A stretch of 64,000 nucleotides of DNA from Octopus vulgaris (Eukaryota), in the NCBI GenBank assembly GCA_951406725.2, contig OX597825.1:43462001-43526000 (forward strand). Direction: 5' to 3'. Both the position numbers and the translations under genes were made by a program. A model generated the notes under the pieces. That model made no database searches. It saw nothing but the letters and a program-made list of their open reading frames with translations, and was not told the DNA's origin. This document shows positions 42,760-54,460 of this stretch, piece after piece; the stretch's first letter is position 1, and each line of letters opens with the position of its first letter.

Positions 42760-44345
42760 TTTTAATAGCTTAATAAGCAATATAAACATGCACCTAAGGA
42801 TGCATTAAATAGTATAAATAATAAGGACTTTAAAAGAGTTACTTGACTAGGAATAGGAGATAGAATCGAGCCACACGACCTCAAAAAGCCTACAATTAAC
42901 TTAAAAGACCACGACTCTAACTGTGATAGTGACCCCCACAAATAGACTAATATGCCCCACCAAAGTTGATACAAGTAGGATTGGCAAATATATTGTCGAC
43001 AGAATACTACCGAATCTAAGATCGAAGATTAAATCCTCACTATGGTCTGACTCTAGAGACTTCAAAAGATTGGAGAGGACCAAAACGTAATTCAACTCGA
43101 TATCAAATTATTATTCTAGTAGTTCTGTTCTTCTAAATAAGGTTTTAAATTTTGCTATGCGAAACTCTGACTTGTCTAAGTCAACGATAGATATTATACT
43201 AGCTCCACGTGGCACGTTGAAAGATATCGACAATACACTAAGGACGAGATCGTAAAGGGTAGAAGCTTTCGATATAGCAATGGGATCTAGTGACTCAGAA
43301 CAAGTCACTGATCTGGTCAGAACGTATTTCCTCTTCCAGATCGAGTCCTGCTTTCGTCGGATAGTCTATATATCCGACGATATATAATAGTCTATATAGG
43401 GACGACTCTCCTTTCATACTAGATATGTGTAGTAAGGCTAAAAATGGAGAGAAATGAGTATTCAAATTCTTCAAAAATGTTGGACTATTTGTTATTATTG
43501 AAAATATTTATTGCAAGGTATAACCGTATGGATGCAGATATAACAGTATGGATACAGAATTATTTGAACCACGCCATAAGCCGAACGAAAACTTGGGATA
43601 TATAAATATAAAATCTAATCACCCACCCTCTGTAATGAAAGGACTTATAAGAAATATATCTAATCGAATATCAATACTTTGGGCTAATAAAACAATATTT
43701 AACTCATATGCGCACTATTACAATGCAGTATTATCTAGAGAAAATCAAGTATACTCTTTTACTCTTTTATTTGTTTCAGTCATTTGATTGCGGCCATGCT
43801 GGAGCACCGCCTTTAGTCGAACAAAGTGACTCCAGAACTTATTCTTTGTAAGCCTAGTACTTACGCTATCGGTCTCTTTTGCCGAGCCACTAAGTTACGG
43901 GACATAAACACACCAGCATCGGTTGTCAAGCGATGTTGGGGAACAAACACAGACACACAAACATATACCAAATCCACTCACAAGGCTTTGGTCGGCCCGA
44001 GGCTATAGTAGAAGACACTTGCCCAACGTTTAACAGAGGGAAATAGTAATCTCGAGGTAAGAAAGAGGGAAAACGGCACAAATAAAATTATAAGTTGAAA
44101 CAGGTCTAATATATATATAACTGTAATCTTTTAGGCAATGACCCTTCCACAATTTATACTCGTAATCATAAACCGGACAATGAGTATAAAAAATTCTAGT
44201 GTCTTGTGATATAATCCAATCTTCGAATCACAAATATCATCCAAGATTGCTAGGGAATTCTTTTCTGCATTAGATAAGTATTTTCCAAAATCTAACAAAT
44301 ACCACGAGATTTTTAACAGGCAATTAGTCATATTATCGTATATAA
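42760..44345 (+). mobile_element. Degraded Penelope-like reverse transcriptase, interrupted by a SINE at ~43755-44030
   Basis: LKDHD, FDIAMGSSDSEQVTDLV (~43266), LYRDD (~43393), KPNENLGYINIKSNHPPSV, then KIAREFFSALDKYFPKSNKYHEIFNRQLVILSY, which overlaps the start of the 15779 copy. Confidence 0.85.
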
Positions 44346-45399
44346 CTAATAATCTTAGAATAATCTTATATAACTAATAATCTTAGAATTGCATGTATAA
44401 TCTTAACAATAATGTAAACCAGAAGTTAAATAATACGCCTGCATATTATTTCATAAAGAAAGGTGCTTATTAATTACTTACTTGCGTGTAACCATTCCTA
44501 AAAGAAAGTCATTATTAAAGTCCACCCTGTAAAGAAAAGTTTTTTAAATTCCAAATGTAATATATTTTCATCAAAACTTTGCTTTCTAGTTTTTTTCAGT
44601 ACTGAAAGTTTCAATTGCACGATTGTATCAGCCAACTAATCATGAGCCACTGTGGTATTGTCAGCCTTTTTCAATATCTTACTCCTTCATTTCTATCCTT
44701 TTTCTTGCGACAACTCCCCATCTCCCTCTCTCCGCTCTTCTCTTTCCCTGTGTTTACAGCATCTCACATTACTTAGCTGCTCCATTCCTATTAGTGTTTC
44801 ACTTTCTCTTTGTAACTTTTCCTCACTCACACTTATCCTCAGCATTTGTTTTTTTCCCCTTTTATTTAATATTTTTTCGCTCTTATTCCAATACTCAGTT
44901 ACTTTTACTTTATTTTATTGCAACGCACTCTCGTTCTCTTTCTCTCTCACACTCTACAGCCTCTGTACAATTTTCATAAAAATAAGCAATTACTAAGTGT
45001 TCTTTGATATATTTTCAGATTATTTATGAATTCTTTTTCTCTGTATTTGTTTATCATATCAAAATTACGTAGAAACTGTGCACTTCAAGTTTCATTCCGT
45101 TATACACCAGTGTAAATCATGGTCCTTTGAATAATGAAAGCTTTCAGTTATCGTTTCTGCTTATGATGATTTGTGATTATTGTTAGATAATATATTGAAT
45201 TCGTTTAACATGTTGGTTTCAATACAATAATACACCATACATACTGCGATATTTGTTTACACATAAGAATTTTTCAATTGAATATAGGTCATCCAAAAGA
45301 TTATGCTACTAAAACGGAATAAGTGACAGCAAAGCACAGCAGCAAAGGGAGTAGGGCAACCGAAAAATAGAGCAATTTGTGCTCAATAACTAAGGCAAT

Positions 45400-45760
45400 C
45401 AACAAAATGGACAAAACATTTTGAGGTTCATTCAATGGAATGAGTCTAAAAAATCATAATGATGACAGCTACATTTGTTCATGTTACGTGGAGGAAAAAC
45501 ATTCGAAGAGTGGGAAAACATTGTTTATTCAAATGTCCCATCTGCATTGAGACCTTTTGCTCATGGTCCAGACGTTCCAGTCTTCATCACCACCAGGAAA
45601 CCTTGAAGACAAACTTGAGTTCTTCTGGGTCAGAAGTAGCAATGACGATGACGACTTCAGTAGCAGTAAAGGTGAAGAGCCTCAATTTGAACTTGCACTT
45701 CGATATCTTTACTGAGGACCAAACTAGATGGGCAAAGAATGGCTATAAGGGGAATCCAAG
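45400..45760 (+). mobile_element. Relic of an uncharacterised DNA-transposon-associated protein
   Basis: KNHNDDSYICS..IVYSNVPSALRPFAHGPDVPV resembles an H..DCYFC..YP..PSA.RPV.H motif I associate with animal DNA transposons (from memory). Confidence 0.5.
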
Positions 45761-46863
45761 TGAGCAGATATGGAGACAAGGATTCAAGTAAACAGATAAA
45801 AACCTTGGGCTTCAATGTACAAAATATATACATGCATAAATACATGTAAAAAGAGAAGACAGATTAAAAATGTTCAGATGATTAACAATGAAGTATAAAT
45901 ATACTTAATATTAACATAGTAGCCAAAGCACCCCTACCAGTGTTGAAGATCTTGAAGCTAATACTATAGAGAGCATCTAACAAATAGCTAAATCCCTCCA
46001 TCAGTATAATGAAATAACGATACTTACCCTAGTAAGTACCCAAACTATAGATTACCCGTTTTACACACAGAACTCTGGCTAGAAACGAAGAACAGTAGGG
46101 TACAGAACCTTCACTCTCGTTATTCCAAACCCATGGTCTCTAAGTACCTTGTTCACAAGAACACAGCTATTGTGGAAAGCGCCAAGTTCAACAGTCTTAT
46201 AGCTGACTTGATGAGAGTGATGAGGAATGGGTCTCACATGTGCGACCCTATGGAGCTGGAAGACATATACAACACTTCATCCACTGCATGCAATTCTCTG
46301 GCTACAATCAAAAGTTCAGGATTAGACTGTACAAAGGTGCCAGGATTAAGTATAAATCCATTATAGAGAGTGATGCTAAAGAGATCTGCCCGCTGCACTG
46401 GAGTAAATCCTGGAATAGTACAGAAGGACCAAAACTAATAATATAGATAAGACCAACACTTGGTATGACAACAAAAAATACCAGTGTCATGCTCATCGAT
46501 GCTACATTCGGCAGCGAACTAACATACTAACGTACTAAATAATTTCTTTAAACACTATTAACTTACGTTTAACGTAAAAAATGGTTATTTATATTTGTAT
46601 AAATAGGGGTAAATCTTACACTAAATTATTTAGATAGGTTGTAGGATTTGATGTGTTTATAATTTAGTCGTTGATGATTTCCTTAGTTGTTGATGATTTC
46701 TATATATATCGGAATAGTAATTAAGGTGTTTAACTTTTTTAAATATATTTGTAATTTATATATTTTTATTATATTTTTATTCTTATTCTTACTTTTTTTA
46801 TATTTAATATGACTTTTAATATGTATTTTTAACTTTGACCCGTTAATGATAACAATAAGATTG

Positions 46864-46948
46864 AATAGCCTGAGGAGGCAGTAGTGGATTTATGTATTAG
46901 GTATAGCCTTGATACACATCACATCAGTGCAGAAATACGTGTAGCGTT
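46864..46948 (+). ncRNA. Type-I hammerhead ribozyme motif with long stem II
   Basis: gc-CTGAGGA-ggca..agg(tatag)cct..tgca-GAAAT-acgt-GTA-gc; stem I short; CAG|GTAAG at 46977. Confidence 0.65.
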
Positions 46949-47138
46949 GATTAGAAATACCTTCATTCCGCACAGACAGGTAAGTTATATATTTTTTTCA
47001 ACTGATTTTATTGTATTTTGTAGTAGGTGTTTTAATTCCTTATATTATGCTATTGAATGTAAATTTCTATGTGTATTCCATACAATAAGGTTATCCTGAA
47101 ATAGGAGTTGCGATTCTGTTGGTAAATTCCCAAATTTG

Positions 47139-47191
<53 letters not shown>

Positions 47192-47288
47192 GAAATTTAT
47201 CGAAAAACAAAGGACAAAAACAGGTGTATGAACAACAAGCAGGTGTAAAAGTTTGACGTTCCTCAATACAGGTGTATTAGTCTGACTC

Positions 47289-47325
47289 TTTTTTACGTTT
47301 CGAGCCTACGCTCTTCAACAGAAAG
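47289..47325 (-). ncRNA. Minimal hammerhead-like motif with CUGUUGA core
   Basis: Minus strand ttt-CTGTTGA-a-gagc(gtag)gctc-GAAAC-GTA-aaa. Confidence 0.6.
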
Positions 47326-47373
47326 GAATAAGAAAAAATAAACAGAGAGAGAGAGAATAAAAAGGAACTTGTA

Positions 47374-48187
47374 TTGCGTTGGCAACTAAGCCACCGCCGT
47401 TTTTTTTTTAATTTTGGAATTTATTGCGCTTTTCAATTTTGGAATTTATTTTTTCGAGAATACTATTTTTGAATCATTTTGGAATCTTTTTTTTTTTACT
47501 AGTTAATTTTATTTCGACACCTCCTCCTTTTTGCTTTTAATCAAGGTTCTAAGATCGCAAAAGCTGCTCACGATATTTATGCTGTGTATGGAGAGGGTGC
47601 CATAGCTGAAAGAACCGCTCGTGATTGGTATGCCAAGTTCAAGATCTTCATCCGCGTAAAACGATGTTATACGTATGATGGGACTTGGAAGGGATTATTC
47701 ATTACGAATTGCTTGAACGGAACCAAATGGTCAAAGCGGAACGCTATGTTCAACAGATGGAACGACTCAACACGGCTGTTCAAGAGAAAAGGCAGCATGG
47801 AGTTCTTATGTTGCACGACAACGCCCGCCCTCGTATTGACAATATTACCAAGAAAGCCATTCAAATTCATGGCTGGGATGTACTGCCACACCCGCCATAC
47901 TCTCCTGACTTGGTACCAACGGATTTCCACCTCGTTCGATCTCTTTCAAATGCTATGCGCGGAGTTTCATTCAATACTGATGCAGAATTGATTGCTTGGT
48001 TGGATCAATTTTATGAGTCGAAATCGGGTGATTTCTACCAACGAGGTATTGAAAATCTTGTTGAACGTTGGGAAAAGTTGTCAACAACAAGAGTGAATAC
48101 ATTATTGATTTATTAGTTGTTATTTTTATTAAACCTTTTAAAAAAATTAAATTTTAAAAAACCGCGGGAACTTAGTTGCCAACCCAA
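47374..48187 (+). mobile_element. Internally deleted mariner, 814 bp
   Basis: TIRs TTGCGTTGGCAACTAAG and CTTAGTTGCCAACCCAA with TA flanks; VYGEGAIAERTARDWYAKF fused to EGIIHYELL..LHDNARP..HPPYSPDLVPTDFHL. Confidence 0.92.
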
Positions 48188-48999
48188 TAGATTTAGTTGT
48201 CAAGCACGTGAATGATTAGAAAAAAGTTTGAAAGTGGTTGAAAGAAAGGGAGATAATAAAGTGTTAGGGATCCCAAATGAAGGTGTGGGCGCGTGTGTGT
48301 ATATGAGAATTGTGTGTGTGAATATGTAACTGTGTGTGTGTGTGTGTGCATGTGTGTGAAAATATGAGCTTGTGACATTGACTTGTGTGAGTGTGTGCGT
48401 GTGTAAGTGTATGCGTCTGTAACGTGGCTGCTCATATAGTGGAATGTGTGGTGATGCTATTGAAGATTGTGTGTGGTTGCGTGCATGATTGTGTGGGTGC
48501 TGGGAAGTGATCAATGCCAATGTGTGTGGAGTGGGGTGGGGGTGGTGCAGTGTGTTGGGGTATGGTATGGCGTGGGGTGGGGTGTGGACAGAGATTGGTG
48601 TGGGATGGTGTGGTGTAGTGTGGTGTATGTGGGTATGGGAGTAGGGGCGGGGTGTGAGATAGAGCGTGTTATCAATGAAGAAAGGAAATGCGTAGGAGTG
48701 AAGAGTAGAAGTAGGTGTCAGATGAAGAGAGGAGGGGAGTTGAACCCATGTAGAGCAAAAGAGCGAAGAGAGAAGATTAATTCCTGTTCACAGTGAAGGC
48801 GGGAATCCGGATGGCCCCTGTGCAAAGACAGCCCAAACAAAGACAGGTGTTATAGTGAATGTCTCGAAGGTGCTCCGCGAACCGGTCAGCCAAGTACCAT
48901 TCCGTTTGTGCGATGTACAGGGAAGGGCAGAAAGAGCAGGAGATGGAGTAAATGACATTACTAGAAGTGCAGGTAAAGGAGTTGATGATATGATAGTGA

Positions 49000-49395
49000 C
49001 GATGATGGGTGCATGTGAGAATGGTGGTGTGGGAGAGGTAGGGGCAACTACGGCAGCGTAGGCGAGAGTAGAGGAAGGAGCCAGGCAGGGAGGTGGGATT
49101 AGGGAAGAAACTGTGGACCAGGAGGTCACGCAGATTGTGGGCTCATTTGAAGGAGGGACAGGGTACCTTGAGGAAGATGTGTGAGATTCAGGGGTCGGAC
49201 TGGAATCGCCGGAAGGCTTGTAGAATGGTACGGTGAGGGGAAACGGGAGACAGGCAACGGGGGGCGGAGAGAAAGAGCAGAAGCACGGTCCACAAAACAT
49301 GCCCTGGCAAGGGCAGTGTGGATAGTAATGAAGGGATATCCTCGAAGGATGAAGTGGCGTGCCATGAGTTGAGACTGAGTCTCAAGAGTTGACTT
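49000..49395 (-). mobile_element. Penelope-like element fragment (thumb/linker), different family from the 15.8 and 43 kb copies
   Basis: MARHFILRGYP..ALARA..DRASAL..PFPLT..AFK*AHNLRDLLVHS pattern. Confidence 0.7.
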
Positions 49396-50379
49396 CTTAA
49401 TTTCACCGGAGTATAAATACCTATATTAGTGATACTAAGAAAATAAATTAAACTTTTTTGAAAATTGAACTTACAAATTTTCCGATAGGCAAGTTGCCAT
49501 ATTATTTATGTCCTACAACGAACGTTTGATTCGTCTGTCATTATTGAAAGTCGTTGAAAACACTTCTTGAATTCTATGCCATATTTTCTATAAGTATTTC
49601 ATTTTATTCACTTTCTTTTTCATAATCATGATTGTTATTTGAATAATCATTTATTTTGTCTTATGCAAATTTTACTCATATGCGATCAGGTCTACTTTTA
49701 GTTGTCATCTATTTAGGTTTTTAATCCTGTTATAGCCAAGCACAAAGCTTAATTCAGTTCAATTAAAAAGCATGGGTAAGCAACGCATGCAAGCCACACT
49801 ATAATTTGCGAAAAAATTTATCTGCACGCCTTTTTTCATTACTAAACTGTTTTTAGTTGGTATTTTATCTATATACTATATACATTAGTATGCCCTATTT
49901 TTTACTCTTATTTTTACCTTTAATTACCACATTCATAACAATCAGTTTATCTTCTAAAAAATACCTGTCTACATATGTCAAGATACATGGGACCAACTAG
50001 ACTTAGGCGCATTGAGATGAGCCGAACTGTATGAAGAGGTCATGAATGGTACATTCTGCTGAAGCAAGGTGGTTAAGATCCTATCACATCAATATATTCA
50101 ATGAGATTATTTACTTACTTGTTGGTAAATGCTCCAGTCATTTAGTATATATTTTGAATTATTTTTCCTTTAATATACTTTGTATTATAAAAAAAAACGT
50201 ATTTCCTGATAAGTAACACGATCATATCAAATTGTTTCTATTTCCAGTTAACACGCAGACTTCTAACATACAAAAAGCCTTAGCTACAAGCAAAAATTAA
50301 AAGCAATTTAATATAAATTATCTATAAATGGAATCAAGAAGACTACGTGGGTACTAATTCAATTGCTGGTGACGTTTGT

Positions 50380-50790
50380 AGTGAGGAAGATGAGGAGGAG
50401 ATGGAAGAAGAAGAGAGGAAGGGATAAGGGGAGGAAAAGATTGGGGTGGGAAATGACAGGAGGAGGAGGAAGAAGGGCAGTAGAGGAAGAGGGGAGGAAA
50501 GGAGAGGAGAAGAGGAGAGGGTGTGAGGGGAGGCGGGGGAAGAGGAGAAAAGGAGCAGGGGATGGAAGAGGAGGAAGTGAAAGATGAGTGATGTGGAGGA
50601 GGAGAAGGGGTGGTGGAAATAGAGGAGGAGGAGGAGGAGGAGGAGGAGGAGGTGGAAGTAGAAGGGGAGGAGGAGGTGGAAGTAGAGGACGAGGAGGTGG
50701 AGGTAGAGGACGTGGAGGTGGAGGTAGAGGAGGAGGGAAGGAGGAATCGGAGGGAGGGGATGGAGGTGGCGGGGGATGGAGGGGGACGTT
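50380..50790. repeat. Polypurine (GGA/GAG) low-complexity tract
   Basis: ~400 bp almost all G/A on +, including (GGA)n. Confidence 0.95.
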
Positions 50791-51482
50791 ATTAACGACA
50801 ACGACAGCTGACGATAGGGGTTGAAGGAAAATGAAATTTATGAAACTGCAAAAATTCGAAACTAATGTGCTCAAATGACTATTGCAGAAAGAAAGATAAT
50901 TTTAAAGAAATACAAAACATTCAACTGAATAAGGAAGAGCAGGAACAGGAAGAACCATGCATTTGTATGTTTATGTGTGTCTATCTGTATATCTGTCCCT
51001 CTTTCTGTCTATCTTTCTCTATCCCTTTCTCTCTCTCCCTCTCCCTCTTTATATATATATATTTGTACATGCGCGCGTTAGTCGCTAACGGTCTCGCATG
51101 CATGATCGCTAGTGTGTGGTTTCAATTCCAATGCCGAGTTATGCGTTGTGTTCTTGAATAAAACACTTCATTTCAAAGTTGCTCTAATCCATTCAGATGG
51201 CAAAAAGGAATAACCCTGCGTCCCGTCCAGTTTGGAGAGAAATATTTACGATAAAGAATCCGGGAAACCTGCCTTATGGGTTTATGACTTTGGAAAGACC
51301 TTTGATCCTTTTTTGCTTGATATGGATATATATATGCATATAATATACATGCATACTCTTTTACTAGTTTCAGTCATTTGACTGCGGCCATGCTGGAGCA
51401 CCGCATGTTACGGGGACGTAAATACACCAACGTCGGTTGTCAAGTGATGGTGGGGAGACGAACAAAGACACACAAATACATA

Positions 51483-51534
<52 letters not shown>

Positions 51535-52212
51535 ACGGGATTCTTTCAGGATACTCCATTATAATTTTTTAGCAAATTTTTCATCAGAACTAAAGAATAA
51601 AAGAATTACATTGCTTATTGCTATTACCGTAGCAGAAGGAACTTTGGGAACAAATACTTAAAGCCTACTACAATTTAGAGTGACAGAATTAAATAACAAT
51701 ACGGGTCAAGAAAGAGTAATGGTGATATAGTTACATTCATTTTTATCCTTATTACAATCAAAAGATCTAGTGCAGCAAGTATTCTGCATCCCCTTAGAAT
51801 TAAAACCATTCGGAATTGACAGTTCAGTTCTTGCTGCTGGTGATACATTAATTAATGCCAGGTAAAAGACACTTGCCCAAGGTGCCATGCAGTGGAACTG
51901 AACCTGTAACCATGCGATTGGTAAGAAAGCTTCCTACCACACGCCTGTGCCTATATAGATGGTGATTGCTTCATCGTGGTAGATGATAGGTGTCTCATCA
52001 GCACACAGACCATACCCCAGCACACAGACCATACCCCATCACACAGCACAATCCTTCCGTTGAGCCCTCAAATGACTTTTAAGACCAGCTCTGACTGACA
52101 GGGTTTACAACACAAGTGACTCAAGTTTCTTCTATATCTTTGCCCTTTTGGGATCAGATTCTGAAGAAATGTTTTTGTGAACATAATACAGTTCTAAAGG
52201 AATTATGTACAT

Positions 52213-52297
52213 CATTTACATTTGACGGATATTTCGAACATGAGTGCTCATTCCTAAGTTGTTGTTGTTGTTGTTGTTCTTCTTCTTCTTCTTCTTC

Positions 52298-52355
<58 letters not shown>

Positions 52356-52768
52356 CATTATTATTATTATTATTATTACGGAATCTTGGAGTTTGCAGCC
52401 CGCGCTCTTAACCACTACGCCATATGCCAGTGAGCAATAACGGAGTGAATTTTAGGGCTTATAGATCTACTATTTTCCTATTCTTCCTTAATACCGGTTT
52501 CCATATGCTACTCATATCTGTACTCGGTCTACTTAGAAGGTTATTATATCCTAGTATCTGTGCTGCTTCTTTTAGTTTTCGTATTTTCCAGTGGTCGTCT
52601 CTGTCTATTATTTTAACTTTTAATAATAATGACATCGAGAAATACCTTAGGAATTAAAACCCAGGTTCAAATTTCCCCAAGACACCTGATGAAGGCTAGA
52701 GAATATATCAGCCGAGACGTTGTGTTAACAACAAACAGAATGAGGACAAATGTCCGTCAAATGTAAAT
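52213..52768. mobile_element. Inverted pair of tRNA-head/(AAT)n/hammerhead units
   Basis: Minus copy 52428-52213 and plus copy 52621-52768 share CTTAGGAAT..GTTC.AA and TCCGTCAAATGTAAAT. Confidence 0.75.
52681..52726 (+). ncRNA. Minimal type-I hammerhead motif (GAAA mutated to GAGA)
   Basis: gacac-CTGATGA-a-ggct..agcc-GAGAC-GTT-gtgtt. Confidence 0.7.
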
Positions 52769-53159
52769 CATGTGAATAAAGTTTTGTGATATATGACAAA
52801 AATTGCAAGTGATGGTTGGTGTTCAAGTTTATTGCCTACCTGAGAATTTCGATTTTTGTATGACTTCATATGATTCCCGTATCCTGCATTTGACAACAGA
52901 ACACGATAATACATACCCAATGTCCACTGTTGATTTCGGATCCAATTGTCGTTTTGTGACAAGACTTTTAAGATAAGACTGCTGAATCATCTTTTTCCTC
53001 CCAGGCGTTGCAACCAGTGTTCCACCTGTTTTGATCCAGAACATCAGTTTCCAAATCACTATTGTTCATATCTATACAGTTCTCTCCCTGAAAAGTTTAC
53101 TTTAAGATAGACTCTGAAACTTTTTAACTGTATTTTATTATAGTATTTTCTATCTATGA

Positions 53160-53268
<109 letters not shown>

Positions 53269-53618
53269 TGTGTGTCTTTGTGTCTGTGTGTCTGTGTCTG
53301 TGTGTCTGTGTCTGTGAGTGTAAGTTTTATTATATTTATTTTCTTTTTAAATTTTTTGTATGTAATGTATGTAACAGCAATTGATACTGCATTTCATTTT
53401 CAAAGTCATACCAACGGTATGACTTTCAATGATTTCTGCATTACATTTGACGAAAAGAATTTAATAAATACAATTAACAATGTAAGTTTAGAGTTGTCAA
53501 TGTGCTCGATTGTTTCATAGAAACGGCTATAAAACAGGACAATGAAAATATGAAATGTGATAGAAATCTTACGTTTTCCTTATATATATCCTTAATTTGA
53601 AATATTCTTTAGACATAT

Positions 53619-53678
53619 GTGTCTGACGAGTCGCCTATACTGCTAATCGCTTTATAGGTGTAAAACCAACGGTTACTC
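53619..53678 (+). ncRNA. Degenerate hammerhead-like motif
   Basis: gtgt-CTGACGA-gt-cgcctata..tataggtg-t-AAAAC-caacg-GTT-actc. Confidence 0.45.
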
Positions 53679-53829
53679 TATGACCGACCATAACTTTTAA
53701 CTATATAGCATTCACTCGGCTTTGGCCCCCGTCTGTACTGCATTCAAATGTATTCATAATGTATCTTTTGTAATGCCTGTGTGTCAAATGATTGTTAAAG
53801 GATACTAGTAAACACTCTTGACTAGAGAT

Positions 53830-54200
53830 AGGTCTAAATTCCAGTCTGGCTTGTTGTTGTTCTGATATTTTTTGGTCCCTGGAAAAGGCATTTCTGGCTG
53901 CGTTAGTTTGAAGTTGTTCTATTAACACTTGTTCTCTTAAGCGAGTTTTCCTATCGGCTTGAGACTCCAGCCTCCGTCGATTCTATTCTGGTGTCTCGTG
54001 TTTCCTCAAGAGAGATTGTCTATCGGCTTGAGATCCAGCTTCTGTCGTTTCTGCTACGGTGTCTTTTGTTCCCTCGAGTGGGCTTGCCTGGTTATTACAA
54101 ACTGAAGTTTACGTATCGTTCTTCTTGTATTTCTACGGCATTTCGTTGTCTGAGATTGGAGGCTGTCTTGCCCTTCTTGTGTTTTGCTAATCCTTCAACT
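53830..54200 (-). mobile_element. Helitron-like N-terminal tandem repeats (ETPE..RLE), ~72-bp unit
   Basis: CTATCGGCTTGAGA duplicated at ~53951 and ~54020; minus translation ETPE*NRRRLESQADR and SEQQQARLE. Confidence 0.55.
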
Positions 54201-54408
54201 TCTAGAGCGTCGGGGTTCAGAGGATTAAAAATTATTATGGTGTCTTCTACGTATTATATTGAATGTTTAGAATAAAATATCTTTTAGTCAAAAGTAAATT
54301 TCGTAACAGTCTATCCATATTTTGTTGCTTTTAAATTCATTTAATGTGGCTTTATTGCACCTAGCTCTCAATCTTCACAAAATCGATCTATATATATATA
54401 TATATATA

Positions 54409-54456
<48 letters not shown>

Positions 54457-54460
<4 letters not shown>

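Noticed and set aside
49945-50065. Possible minus-strand exon with AG/GT boundaries
   Set aside because: All three frames contain stops.
50343-50874. Poly-Pro, poly-Gly and poly-Glu ORFs
   Set aside because: Artefacts of the GGA tract.
52380-52428. tRNA gene
   Set aside because: Only a 5' half with no T-arm or acceptor stem; treated as a SINE-type head.
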